Source: Octopus sinensis | Lineage: Eukaryota | Length of the DNA stretch: 64,000 nucleotides | Assembly: GCF_006345805.1 (NCBI RefSeq) | Contig: NC_043010.1 | Span: 2,046,001 to 2,110,000 of the forward strand | Direction: 5' to 3' | Shown here: positions 34,189 through 48,081 of the stretch, piece by piece | Numbering within the stretch: the first letter of the stretch is position 1 | Layout: each line of letters opens with the position of its first letter | The notes under the pieces: model-generated | Database searches by the model: none | What the model saw: the letters and a program-made list of their open reading frames with translations, nothing else | What the model was told of the DNA's origin: nothing | Position numbers and translations under genes: made by a program

Positions 34189-35609
34189 TATATATATATA
34201 TATATATACATACACACACACATTCAACCTTGGCAGAATTTGAACTCAGAACTTAAAGACAGATGGTCATAACATACAAACATTTGTTATGGCACCAGTA
34301 CACTGTTTACAGATGTTTACATTTTTTATGCTTTCCACGAATTTTTCACGGGTCCAGCTAGTAATAATTATTTCACTAACTCATTTATAATTATAAAATA
34401 TGATTTCAGGGAGCTTTGGCTTCTGTTTCTGACAATCCGAGTTAACACTTAAATACTTTTCTGTTTAGATCACAGATTCTCAATCGGGGTCCATATAGGA
34501 TTTTTGGGGAGTCCATGCAGCAAAATAGGGAATTGCGGATCCACAATTGTATTTTATGGGTTCCTAAAAAGAGTTTGCTTTAGATGTATGTATTGATATT
34601 GTGAGAATCAACTAGGTTTCTCTCTCAAAGTGAGAACGTGTGAGTGCATATGTGTATATACTAGTGAGTGCATATGTGTATATACAAGTGAGTGTGTGTG
34701 TGTTTGTATGAGTAAGTGCATGTGCATGCAGACAGTGAGTGCAAAAATGTGTTTATGCGGGTGTGTGTGTGTGTGTGCATGTATGTGTTGTAGATTGTAT
34801 GTGTATATATATGTATGTAGAGCATGTTGGATGCTATAGATAGCATACAAAAATTAACAGATAGACATATCCACATACTTAAAATACAAAACAAAACAAT
34901 GTAGAGGAATATACAACAAATGTGACTCATTTGAGAGTTGAAGGATTTTAAGGCAAAGAGGGGGGGGACCAACCCAAAACAGATATTCCCATTAAAGCAG
35001 CTCATTTGATGAAAATGTTAGATATTAAGCCAACAGGGAAGAATGGATCCCCAGAAGCAACCAATTTAGATGGATTAAGGTGTAAACATGAACAATTTCC
35101 TCACAGACAGACACCCAATTAAAACATCAATCTTAATTTCATTTCACAGCTAAAACCATTCAATTAGTCTCTTTTATTGGTAAATTATGAGCCAATGGGG
35201 GAAGTTTCCACATGGCTGTGTAGAAATAGCAGCAAAATGCCCTGCTGAATCACACTAAAATCTTTAGCTATTTAGAAAAGATTTAAGGGATATGAAGGGG
35301 ATAGTTTTTGACCACAGGTCAATTACACAACAGACATACTTGTATATTAAAAGGTTTTCATAGCAGGGGTCAGTTGCAGTTTTGAAACTAGAAAGAGGAG
35401 GGGGAATGGAAATGATGTTGATTCCACATGTTGCAGTGAAGGCAACCTACATAAGAGAATAGAAACTCTGAAAAATAAAAAAACAACAAAAAAAAATTTA
35501 TTCAGTGAGAGAGGATAGATAAGACTCATTGGTCCTGTTGCAGACTACCAGTTCAGTGTTAGTAGCTGATCGTAGGAAAGGTATGAAGTTGTAAAAAACA
35601 TACCCTTAA

Positions 35610-35800
35610 CCCTTTGGCATTTAAACTGGACATATCTGGCCAAAATATTCTACTAGCTTTATGTTCAAACTGGCCAGAGTTGGTATGTCACACCTACCCT
35701 ACAATATCATTCTAAGGATATGCAATCACTTCATCAAAATCTCAAAGCTAGAATATAATGCATGATTAATTCAAAACAATGTGAATGAATAAGCACTACA
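35610..35800 (-). mobile_element. piggyBac-type MITE, partial
   Basis: TTAA|CCCTTTGGCATTTAAAC terminus; the interior is the reverse complement of the 57371-57548 family. Confidence 0.65.
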
Positions 35801-36007
35801 TCATACGGCACTGCCACCCCGTCTGTCACTGGCTACCAATGGTTTCTTAGAGACCACATAGAAACAACGAAATTATCAAGTATGATTATTATTTGCAACA
35901 AAAGTATTAATACCAAAAATCAATTTTTATATCCAACTTAACCTGGATATTTTGTTAGAACATTGAACATGGCAGTATTAGCCTTGACCATTAAAAATAC
36001 ACATATA

Positions 36008-36518
36008 CCGTAAATCCTCGAGTATAATCCGCATTTTTTCCCAAAATTTAAAGGTCAAAATCCCTATTGTGTACTATATACGAGGTTAAAAATGAAAAGT
36101 ATTTTCTAAGCAATGTCCGAGTTTCTATTTGATGACTGGCAATGTTTATTCAGATGCATTTTGTGATGTCAGGCGTGAAAATACCTTAAGCTAAGCCTGA
36201 AAGCAATGAAGTCATAAAAAGATCATCCATAAATTGCAGTAAGTAACATTTATTAAACGTTATTACTGTTATTTCTTTATTTTCTAGAAACAAAATTCAC
36301 AAAAAAGCTACACGTTTGCATTATGTTATATATACAATAATAATAAAGGACATTACCGTATACATTTTTACAAACCAAGGACGTTATATAGACCTCCTTG
36401 ACTCAAGTTAGAGAAGGCGTGCGTATTATACACAAGGTTTAGGTTTTTCAAAGGTACAGCCCCCTAAAAATCCCATGCGTATCATACTCAAGGGCAAACT
36501 ATACTCGATGTGTTACGG
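36008..36518. mobile_element. pogo/Tigger-like MITE with TA target duplication
   Basis: TA|CCGTAAATCCTCGAGTATA ... TATACTCGATGTGTTACGG|TA. Confidence 0.8.
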
Positions 36519-37775
36519 TATGTATATTGTTTCTATTATGCAAAAGTTTTGTAAGTCCAAAATGTTACTTTCTCAGAAAACAAAAAAATAATTCCATAGT
36601 AAAAAAATAATTCCATAGTAAAACCGTTGTACTACACTTTCACAATTTTTGATATCTTGGCACCTGAAGCAGCTGGAGATACGACAGTTTGACCAAAAGA
36701 ACTGGCTTTTGCAATCAAAAATAACTATTGAAAAAATGCATTTGGCCAAATTTGGACATAGGACAGTTTAACATAATAGCAATGATATATTGTTAACAGG
36801 CAAAGTATTGTCTGCTATGGGTGCTGGAATAGCCAGATCAGGTGATTTTGAAATACTGTGTCTCTTCAGCGACAGGTGCTTTCTTGCCACATACCAACCA
36901 AATCTCACTGCCAATAATGTGGTGTTTTAAAATATAATACAAAAACAATAATTAAGTCATTTTGATTAATCTTAGTAATCACAGATATTGTTTACATAGT
37001 TAACACCAAAGATAATGGATTATAAAAAAAAAATGAAAATAACTTGACCAGAAGAGTGCCAACAGCAACAGTCCATGATTTTGTAAAGAGAACAGGTGAA
37101 ATTCCTTTGTTTTATTAACAAAATTCCTTCATTATGCTGCATCCAAAAACATTTGTCTGTCAAGTGTTTTCCAGGGAATTCTTAAATATTTCCAAAATAT
37201 CAACTGAAGCACACTGTTCCGATGGAATACACCCAGCAACGAACACCACTGTGAAGGCAATTTGGTGGATTTCTTTATTTACACCAGATTTTTATGAGCA
37301 TATTTGGTGATACAGATTTAGAAATCATCAAAAACTATTCACGAATCTCATTTCATGCATCCATGACTTGTTATATTTTCCCATAAATGTGATTGTTTTC
37401 ATCTTATATGAAATATATGTATGCTTTTCACTTTATACAACATATATGTATATTCTATACATTGGTTATGTTACTGATAGTTTTACATGAAATTATTGGA
37501 TTTCATTGTCATCACTTCCAATCAATTTAATCTGATTTTTTTAATCCCTAAACTGCATGTTAGCTTTTACATGTATGGAATCTTTGGATGTCCACAAAAA
37601 TGTAAGTTTATTTTTGTGCATTACTGATTTTATATATATACATACATACATACATGCATATATACATACATACATACATATATGAATGTACATACATGTG
37701 TGTATAAATATATATACATGAATATACATATATGTGTATAAATATATATGTGTGCATAAATATATATACATATAA

Positions 37776-37820
<45 letters not shown>

Positions 37821-39290
37821 TATATGATGTTAAAGAGTCACCTCCATCTTGTATTGGCTCTTTTCAAAGTTACTGCCCACCCTGATGGAGGATCAGCCTT
37901 TAATGTGGCTTGCAGAATTCGTATCTCATGCATAATTATCATTTTGGGGGCAAGTTTTATATGGCTGGAAGTAGTCCTTCCAAAGACCAATACTTCAAAG
38001 TATCTCCTGTGCCACCAGCACTAGAAGACAATCCTATGCAAAGCAGGTCCTCATCTCATGTCTACAACCCTCTTAAGCAGCTACCCTTAATCAACACTCT
38101 GATTTACCGAAGCTAAAATGTCCTTTTGGCACATTTTCTGTGATTTGGTTATCATTTCTACCACCATCACTTTTCAAACTGTATTGAGTGCATTATATGG
38201 TTATTCCCCCACTCTACCACCAACCACTTTACAAAATTTACTTGGCACCTTCTGTGGCTATTTGCCCTTTCTACCACCAACCACAGCAGGCATTCTTTCA
38301 TGCTACCAAAACTAGAAAGGTTGTCCCTAAAAGCTCTTCTCTACCCAGTTTCTTATTAGTTCTTATTCCCAGTTACCATCCTCCTAAGGTAGTTAGACTG
38401 CAGTATGGCTTCCATCATCCACATTTCACAGATTACATTCCAATTTTTGGCATGGTTCCTAAGGCTAGATGCTCTCCTTAACACAAACCAGTTCACAAGG
38501 TGTAATGAGTGTGTTTTATTGTGCCATTGGCAATCAATTAAAAATATTTAGAATAGCTAGAACACATAAAAGATGAATGAATAATGATCAAGAATGAATT
38601 ACTAATATGATTAAGAAATCATATTACAAATTCAAAAAGAAAATTAGGCAGTTATGTTAAAATGACTTTGATGTTACATGTTCTGTTTTTCTTGGTAAAA
38701 CATTGTAAGCAACTGACATAGAAAAGAACAATTGTTCTCTTTCTTTTTAATTTGGCTCTTTTAAGTTTTCTTTTTCTGTTCATTAGTGAAAAGTAAAGGA
38801 AAAATATTAAAAATAAAAAGAAAGTATCAATCCTTTACTTCTGTCTTTGCCATTGTTTTCTGAACTTCCCAGCTGCTCTTGCTCTGTATATACAGATTCT
38901 TTAGGTTTTAATAACTTCTTTCTTTAGACTGTTATTAGAAGCAGAAGTTCCATAATTCTATTGCAATAAAATAACATTTCATTATCTCAACAAATTAGTT
39001 CTTAGGTTTGGTTTAGTAAGTTGGGTTTTTTCTTCCATTTGTTTCCTTTCCGTTTTTGTTGTTGTTGTCGTTCTCTCTGTTGTATCATATCCTTAGATTT
39101 GATTTTATTTGTACAATCTTAACTCATGAGAAAGGCAAAAACACAAGAGAATTGAATAAAGCTGGCGGGCATCATAAACATTGGCAGATGTATACAGGAG
39201 AAGAGAGAAACAACCAGATTGATTTATTTGGACATTTAATGGGAACGAATGATGTATGATGGGTGTAAAAAATGTTACCAGTTAGTTTAA

Positions 39291-39509
39291 CCCTTTCATG
39301 ACCAACCCTACTGAAACCAGTTCTGGCTCTCAGTACAAATGTCTAGTTTTCATAAGTTTTGAATTATAATCTTCCACCAAACCTCAGTCACAATTTACGT
39401 TCTAAAACTAGTTTAATGATAACTAAGTTATTTTACTAAATTCTTTATTATATTTAAAGTAATTGAAAGACACACAGAGCATCTCAACAGAAATACAGTA
39501 ACGAAAGGG
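39291..39509. mobile_element. piggyBac-type MITE with TTAA target duplication
   Basis: TTAA|CCCTTTCATGAC ... GTAACGAAAGGG|TTAA. Confidence 0.85.
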
Positions 39510-40631
39510 TTAATGTGAGAATCAACACAGCACAGGGATAGAACTAAATTGTAAACTAATCAACTATTACAAGGAGTATTACTAGTTCAAACGTGGAGCA
39601 AACTGGGTTATTGTGAAGAGAAGTACACCATCACATTTGGCTGTACTCTTCATTACTCTATTCAAAACATTAGATTTTTCATCACCTTTCATGACAAACC
39701 ACATGTGTGGCCGAAACTAGGGCTTTCTTGTATAGCTAAGAGCATTGCTTCATAAACATGTGATTCTTTATTTGATCACACTACATGTCATGTTAGGAAA
39801 GTGGCTTCTCCTATACCCTTGATTTGACTAATAGCTTGCGATTAGAAGTTCATAAATAAAAATAGTGCATATGTATATATGTGTGTGTGTATGTACACAC
39901 ACACACACACATATTAAGTTGAAGACTGGAATTTTTGGTATTACATTTAACTCTTTAAATTCGTTTCAACACTACATGTTCATGACCTTTTACCTGAAGA
40001 GATGCACGTGGTTTACATCAACATGTTGTAATATCATAAAATTCATTTATATTCATATCAATATTTTGGTAGACAGAAAGTGCAAGAAGACTGCCAAATG
40101 ATTCCATATATGCATGTGAATATGTTTGTGTGCACCCATGTCTTAACATCACATGATGATTGTTAATGAGCATTATCATCACACATGTGATGTTTGTTTC
40201 CTAGTCTGTCACGGAAAATATGTCTGGTTATGGAAAGTATAACTTTTCTTCGAAACAGGTGAGGGTTGCTGACAAGAATGGTGTCTACCCATAGAAAATC
40301 TGCTGTGTCAAATTTTGTCTGACCCATGCAAGCATGGAAAAGTGGACATTAAATGATGTCAATATTTGTGTGTGTGTCTGTGTAATGAATAAACTACAAT
40401 GTTTGCATTCCATGTCGTCACTTCCCGAGCAAAGCTGTATTAATGTCGACAAATCTTTGTTGACATGATGATCACTTGCTCTGCACATTCCAAGAATTGT
40501 GGAATAAAGAAATCCCTTTCTTGAAGAATTATGATGAAAATCTAACCATAAACCTGTCGCTAATAACTCTCTGTTCAAACACATGAAGACGTGGAAAAAT
40601 GGATGTTGAATAAATGTATGAAATTCTATCT

Positions 40632-41095
40632 TACTTCCATCAATCCATCTTCTTTGCCCACTATTTTCGGGAGGTTTCATGGACTCAAGAGAACTCTGGC
40701 ACCTTCTCCATAGGGCCCTATCAGAAGCAGCTATCACGAGACGTCCAACTGGATTCTCAAGCATGACCAGCAGAGATGATGGCTGTCATCTAACTGTCTC
40801 ATTTTTAGTTTACCTTTGGGTGTCCTGCCGGCTGGCATGGCTTGAAGAATTTGTCTCGCAGCAGTTCTTTCCTGTAACATTTTAATCATAAGTCTGTAGT
40901 ACTGGAACTGTGACCTCTCAATGCAGAGAAATAGTGGATCAACCTGGAGAGACCTCCTGCTCTCCGATCTAGGCATCCAGTTGAGTAAAGTGATTCCAGG
41001 GCCTCTTCGGGGGAATCTGATTCTGGCTGCTGCCATTTCTGATTCTACTCTTTTAAATGACGGTGCAGAGTGTTTCTGGTCTCCTTTCATCATCC
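40632..41095 (-). mobile_element. Decayed 3' end of an RTE-clade LINE ORF
   Basis: Frameshifted peptides LCIERSQFQYYRLMIKMLQERTAARQILQAMPAGRTPKGK and VIAASDRALWRRC match the RTE C-terminal pattern (R-M..R..RQIL..P.G.RP.G.P..RW ... A.DR..WR). The tail is ATGG-like. Confidence 0.7.
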
Positions 41096-42344
41096 ATCTG
41101 CTTATATTAACAAAGAGGTAGTTGTGAAGAGATAGCTAAGACTAACCCAAGGATATCCAGCAGCTAGAGATAAGATGATACAAGATTAAGATGCTTTCAA
41201 ACATCACAAATTGCAGATTATAGTGAATGGATGCGAGCAGGAAACACCAGTTAAAATGACAGCTCTGAAAATGATGACAGTTAGCAAGATAATAACAATA
41301 ATGATGATGATGATGATTATGATTATACTCATCGTTGTCACTGTTACAATGATGAAATTTTAAAATTCAAACAATTCAAGTTTTGAAAAATATTAATTTA
41401 CCAACATCACGAAGAGTGTTTGGTGTCAACAATGAGTAGGAAATCTCTGACAAGCTCAGAATCACAAAAGACCGAAATTCTTACTGTATGTATGTAGACA
41501 CCCCCCCATACACACCTATACCCAGATACATACATAAATGTGTGTGGGCATGTGTGTGTGTGTGTGTTTAGCAAACTATCTACATATGTATGTATGACTC
41601 TCTCTTTTTCTCTATATGTACCGAAGTATCTCACTCTCTCCCTCTCTCTCTCATAATATATACGTGTGTTTATTCACACACACACACCATCAGTTTCATA
41701 TACACTTCCACTTCAAATTCCGCCACACTCGACTTAACCGTTCATCTCAATAATGTCTTCAGTAACCAGTAGCTATTTATCACACCAATTATATCATGTT
41801 AAGCTGTCCGCCATTATTGGAAATTGAAAACATCTTACGACTCTTAATGGATGCTGGGTCACTCTTGAAGACCGTTTCTTTATACAGGGTATGTGATGGT
41901 CAAGTCAGCTTGTAGGAGTCCATTACTTTCTCAAAGCCAGTTGCTATAATGTTTGGTATAATAGTTGCTGTTGTTTAGCCTGAGGTCATCTCCACTCATG
42001 CAAACCAATGATGAAAGACATTCCACCTGTGACTAACTCACCTTTTCATTCAGATTATTTCAGTCTGCATAATCCAATATGTTCTTCCATTATTTATTTT
42101 CCTTAAATGAATTGAGTGATTTGACAGAAATGATGTTGTTATAATAAAGGCATGAACACCATCACACCGCATCAGTTAAATTATCCTAATGTGTCCTCTT
42201 TTTCTTTTCCTAACACAGTAAGGTGGAATTTCAGAGAGATTAACCAGCTATTTCTAGTTGACTGGGCAACTATGTAAATATTCTATCATTGGTTAGATAT
42301 GAAGTAGTGATCAGGGTGTAGCTGTAGTATGGATGGAGACATAA

Positions 42345-42770
42345 GCATAGGAGTGGCTGTGTGGTAAGTAGCTTGCTTGCAAACCACAAGGTTCCGGGTT
42401 CAGTCCCACTGTGTGGCATCTTGGGCAAGTGTCTTCTACTATAGCCTTGGGTCGACCAAAGCCTTGTGAGTGGATCTGGTAGAGGGAAACTGAAAGAATC
42501 CCGTCGTATATATGTACATATATATCTATATGTATGTGTGTATGTATATGTTTGTGTGTCTGTGTTTGTACCCCCAACATCGCTTGACAACTGATGCTGA
42601 TGTGTTTACGTACCCCGTAACTTAGCGGTTTGGCAAAAGAGACCGATAGAATAAGTACTAGGCTTACAAAGAATAAGTCCTGGGGTTGACTTGCTCAACT
42701 AAAGGCAGTGCTCCAGCATGGTCACAGTCAATTGACTGAAACAAGTAAAAGAGTAAAGAGTAAAAGAGTA
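42345..42770 (+). mobile_element. tRNA-derived SINE family C (CORE-like, resembling octopus OR-type SINEs), full length
   Basis: Head GGAGTGGCTGTGTGGTAAG...GGTTCAGTCCC, CORE-like ATCTTGGGCAAGTG, an internal (TA/TG)n tract and a (GAGTAAA)n tail. Other copies lie at 18505-18823(-), 18900-19051(+), 22030-22130(-), 23725-23910(+), 30860-30990(+), 32355-32490(+) and 56070-56200(-). Confidence 0.85.
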
Positions 42771-43178
42771 TAGTTGGCAGTGAGAGCAGAGATGAATGCC
42801 TAATATTTGGACAGAGATGACTCAGTAATGGTGGTGGTGGTGGTGGTGGTGGCAGCAGTGGCAGTTGTATGTGCGTGTGTGTGTGTGTATAGATATATGA
42901 TGGACTCTGCAGTTGAAGATGACATATGAGTGTTCAGTCTTTGCCGATTCGACCTGCATCAAATGTTCTTGTCGTACATTAGCTCACTCCCTCCATCAAA
43001 TCGACGTTACCTGAACAGGTGCACAGCAGTGTACCACACTTCAGGCTTCGAAGTGATTACAGAGCAATGTCAAACTAATTGTTTTGCTCAAGAACAGAAT
43101 TTACCACTTGGTCTAGGAATTGAAACCATGATCTCACAATCATGAGTGCAACACCCTAACAACTAGGCCACATGCCCC

Positions 43179-43282
<104 letters not shown>

Positions 43283-44619
43283 GTGTACATTCAAGCACAT
43301 AAGGAAGCCACTTGTGGGATTCAGCACGCTGGAAAGAACAGCTAGGTTCTATAACCACAAAATTAGGGATAAAATTAGACAGGAACAAAATGAAAAAATA
43401 AAAACTTTTACCATCTAGTTTCCTGGACCAATTGGTTTCTGGTTTTAGTTTACCAAATAAATAATATTCGCTAGGTGAAATCTTCTTCAACAGGTACACC
43501 TTAGATTAAATATATAAAACATGAGGTAACTAACTATGACAAAGGAATAAAAGATTATCTTATAAACTTTATTGGCTTACAGCTGTTTCTGCTATAGGAT
43601 GCAGTGCACTCCAGTTCATAAGATAATCATTTACTCCTTTGTCATCTTATTTTTTTATACATCTGTTTTGTTATACTTGGGGATGGTCATCTTTTTGCCA
43701 ATCAAACCAATGCACTATTTATTTGACCTTCACTTTAGTTTTATTCCATTGTGTCCTTCTGTGGTATTTAGCTTCATCTGTACGTAGTATAACATTCTGT
43801 TTCAACAAGTTTTCACATCAAGAACCTTGCAAAACAAATGCATAAACACACACACACACACACAAATATATGTATGTATAGGTGGAGAGAGTATGTCTTC
43901 TCTCCCTCTCCCTCTCTCTCCCTCCCTCTATCTCCACCTGGAGAAACCAAGAATTCACATATTCATCTTCAACAAGACAACTGTTCTTGTCCTTCTATCA
44001 TGTTTTCATATCCCTCAATTTATACCCAACAAAGTTGAGTGGGGTGGGGGCCTACCACACCTGACAGAATGCTCAGTAGTATCTATTCCAGCTCTTTACA
44101 TTCAGAGTTCAAATCCTATCAAGTTCAGCTTTGCCTTTCATCCCTTCAGAATCAAAAAAATTAAATACTAGTTAAGTAATGGGGTCAATGTTCTCAACAT
44201 GTTTCTTCCCCTCAAAACTTTTGGCCTTGAACCCGGCAGTGGATCAGCATCCCGCTCAAAGGGAATGTTATGATCTCAATTGCTTACACGCCATGAAAAC
44301 CAGGTAACTGACTTAACAAGTCCTGGGGCTTTTGAAAAATAAATGTATGAACACACAGGTGTTCTCTTGTTAGCTCATAAGGATGTCCATTTGTGATGGA
44401 GAGATGGAAGATACACAAACTATAAGAATACATATATCCCAGTACGTTCCAAGATCAAATCCTGCCTAAGCTAAATAATTTGTGTTTTTATCATTCCAAA
44501 TTCAATAAAACAATACTAGATACCAGTCATGCAATTGGGTCTGATTAAGTCAACCAAATCTCCTCAAAGGCCCCTAAACAGTTTTATGACCTTGCCTAGT
44601 CCCCATGAGAAATCAATAG

Positions 44620-45275
44620 TATGGATGATGATGGTGGTGGTTGTGTGGTGATGACGGTTGTCATTATTATGATTATGGTGGTTATGATTTCATATATATT
44701 GTTGCCACTTATTAAGGATGATACTGATGATGATGAAGATGATGATGTTCATGATGATGACGATGAAGAGTTGTTGTTGTTATAGTTGTTGTTGCAGAGA
44801 ACAATGTCTGTGGCAGAGATGGAGGCAATAATGGTGGATAGGAAAGCGGTAGTCATGGAAACCATAGACAGGCAGTGGGCAATTATACTGCAGCATTCAA
44901 TGAGAACGAAGTGGAGAATGGTAGAGGTTGTTGCCTATTGATGGTTGTGCCAGTGATGATGATGACGATGATGATGATGATGCTAGCAGTGGTTGTGTTG
45001 GTGGTAGTAATGTTGTTGATGGTAGTGGTGGTGGTGGCAACGGTGATGTTGTTAGTGTTATTTGGTGACAGTAGTGATAGTGGCAGTGGTGCTGGTGGTT
45101 GATAGAGGTGATAGTGGCATTATTGTTGTTGTTGTGAGTGGTGGTAGTGGTGGTGGTGGTGGTGGTGGTGGTGGTGGTGGTGTTATTATTGTCATCATTC
45201 AGCCTCTATTAAGTTATCTCTCATCAAGTCAAACTTCTTATGCTTTAAGATGTTCCAAACAATCCCACCATATGT

Positions 45276-45312
<37 letters not shown>

Positions 45313-47350
45313 GTCCTACTTCCTTTCATTCATTCTTAGAATGTGGTTTGAGGGTGATTTAACTGCTATTTCTTGCAGATAAATGCTATCTCTGTTAGTT
45401 GTAATGTGATGGTTAAAGTAGTGGTCTCACTACCACCATTATCATCATAACTATCACCACCACCACCACCAGTGGTAAGTACTGACTATTGTAGTGGTAG
45501 TTGCAATTTCAGTGATAGTAGAAGCTAAAGTTGTTTAGCCCTAGGTCAACACTGATCAAGTAGAGTTATTATCAAAAGCATTCTAATAGTGACCATCCTA
45601 TTTCCATAGATCTACCTTGGAATATATAATCTAATGTGTTCTTTATATTTCAAAAGATATTTGAGCCTGACTTGAGGGAGATTTTGGTTGCTATTTCATT
45701 TAAGAAGTTCAGATGTTCCCATAGTGGCTGCCTCATTGGGTCACAGTAGCTACAGTATTGGTATTGGTGACATAAGGGGTAGAATTATGGGTAGAATTAG
45801 AGGGGATTAGTAAAAATAACACTGGGATTATATTGGGCAGTGGGTAACGGGTTCAAATTCCGCCAAGGTCGACTTTGCCTTTCATACTTTCGGGGTCGAT
45901 TAAATTAAGTACCTGTTATGCACTGGGGTCGATGTGATCGACTTAATCCATTTGTCTGTCCTTGTTTGTCCCCTCTGTGTTTAGCCCCTTGTGGGTAGTT
46001 AAAAATAAAATAAAATAAGGAAGGTGCAGCTATAGCATAGAGGCAAATTTTCTACTGCACTCGAAAGGAAAGGCCAAGATGTGATGGTATGGTGGCATAA
46101 GGTAAACAAGGATGTGTGTAGGAATGGTGAAGTGGGGTGTGGGGATGATATAATACAAGGTAAACAGCCTTGAGCTGGGTGGTGGCAGTGGTGGTGATGG
46201 AAGTAACAGTAGAAGCGATGGTGTTAGTGGTGAAGGTAGTACCAGTGAAGACAGTGGAAGTGATGGTGAAGTTGGTGCTGGTAGAGGTGATGATGGTGGT
46301 GGTGGTGATGGTGATAGTACTAATGGTGGTGCTGGAAGTGATGCTGGGAGTGGTGGTGGAGGTTGTGGTGGTGATACAGATGCTGGTAGTGATGGTACTA
46401 ATGATGATGGTAGTGGTTGTGATGGAAGTGGTGCTGGGGGTGGCGGCGGTGGTAGTGGTGGTGGTGGAGAACAAGAAGTGGTGGTAGGGAAGGAACCAGG
46501 GTGAGGAGAGATGATTTGTAAAGTGGTGTGGATGAGATGAGATGAGAGATTATATAGACTTAAGTTGTTGAAGGCAATGATGATGATGACAGAGATGGCA
46601 GCACTGGTAATGTGGTGGTGGTGATGGCGGCGATGGAGGTGGTGACGTTGATGGCGGTGGCGATGGCGATGTTGGTGGTGGTGGTGGTAACATTTGAGGT
46701 AGAGGTGATAGTGTTGTGGTTGTTACTTCTTGTGGATATCGATGTGGGAGGTGTTAGGGGCAGTACACATGTAGTGGTCACAGTGGTGGTGGTGAATGTC
46801 AGTGGTGAGGGTGGTATCAGTTGTGGCAGTAATAGTAATAGTGGTGGTGGTGGTGGTGACAATGATAAAATATCTGTAGTGGTGGGTGCGGCGGTGGTAG
46901 TAGTAGTAGTGATGGTGGTGGAGGTAGTAGTAGTATTAGTAGTAGTAGTAGTAGCAGTAGCAATTATAGTAATAGTAGTAGTAGTGATGGTGGTAGTAGT
47001 AGTGATAGTAGTAGTTGTAGTAGTTGTGGTTGTAGTAACAGTATTAAGTGATAGTGGTGGTAGTTTTATAGTAGTGTTGTTGTTTTGATACTAGTAATAG
47101 TAGTGGTTGTGGTGGTGGTAGTGGTGGTGCCACCAGTGGAGGCAGCAGCAGTATTGATGGTAGTGGCAATAATAGTATGGAGGGAAAGGTTGAGGAAAGA
47201 AAACAAACACACACACACATTGTAGTTGCATTGCCGGTGCTGGCAACAGCGGCAAAACAGCAATGGTGGTGGTGGTGATGGTGGTGGTGGTGGTGATGGC
47301 ATTAGTAGTAGTGGGAGTGATAGTAGCATTGTATGGCTGTGGTGGTGGTA
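44620..47350. repeat. GGT/GTA/GAT trinucleotide low-complexity tracts with interspersed SINE fragments
   Basis: Directly visible; source of the poly-V and poly-T ORFs. Confidence 0.9.
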
Positions 47351-47830
47351 GTCGTCGTGGCAACAGCGCTGCTGCTGCTGCTGCAGTTGACCGTGAGAAT
47401 ATACTGACAGCATTGAAGAAAATTTTACAGTAGGATTGCACCAAAATATCGCTCCATCTTCCGCTATTGATTATTTTCCATGTTTCTCTCCCCATCCCCC
47501 TCTCTCTTTCTCTCTCTCTCTAACTTTCTCTCCTTTCCTCTCACTTTTTCTCTCCGCCTCCCCCCTCTCTCTCTCACTCTCTCTTCTCTCACATTCGCAG
47601 GCAGTATCATAAATAACTCTGGTCTTTTCCCATGAATTAAAGCTGAAACTTACAGAAAATGCACCATCATGCTGTGTTGTGTAATGTGCATGCTTGCATG
47701 TAGGTAGGTAGGTGTATGAGTATGAGTAGGTCTTTTTTAAATACATCATTCTGATCTGTACATGTACAAATACACGAGGCTGTAGTGAAAGATGTTAATT
47801 GTACACATATATATATCACTATGTAAATAC

Positions 47831-47877
<47 letters not shown>

Positions 47878-48081
47878 GGAAATACACATACACATATATA
47901 CACGTTGTACAAGCACATCTACACACATATATACAGGCATGTTTATGCATGTATAATAGATCAAGTAAGTTACAAATACCAAAGTTAAGAGCACTGAATG
48001 TAACTGATTATAGAGTTAAATTATATACATTTTTGTTCGTTTTTTTGTGGGGGGGGGGTTGCATTTATAATAATCTTGTCG

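Noticed and set aside
46052-47495. Poly-V, poly-T mucin-like ORFs and the 134-aa ORF at 47091-47495
   Set aside because: They come from triplet-repeat DNA open on both strands, with no splice or homology support. They are at most untranslated leader sequence.
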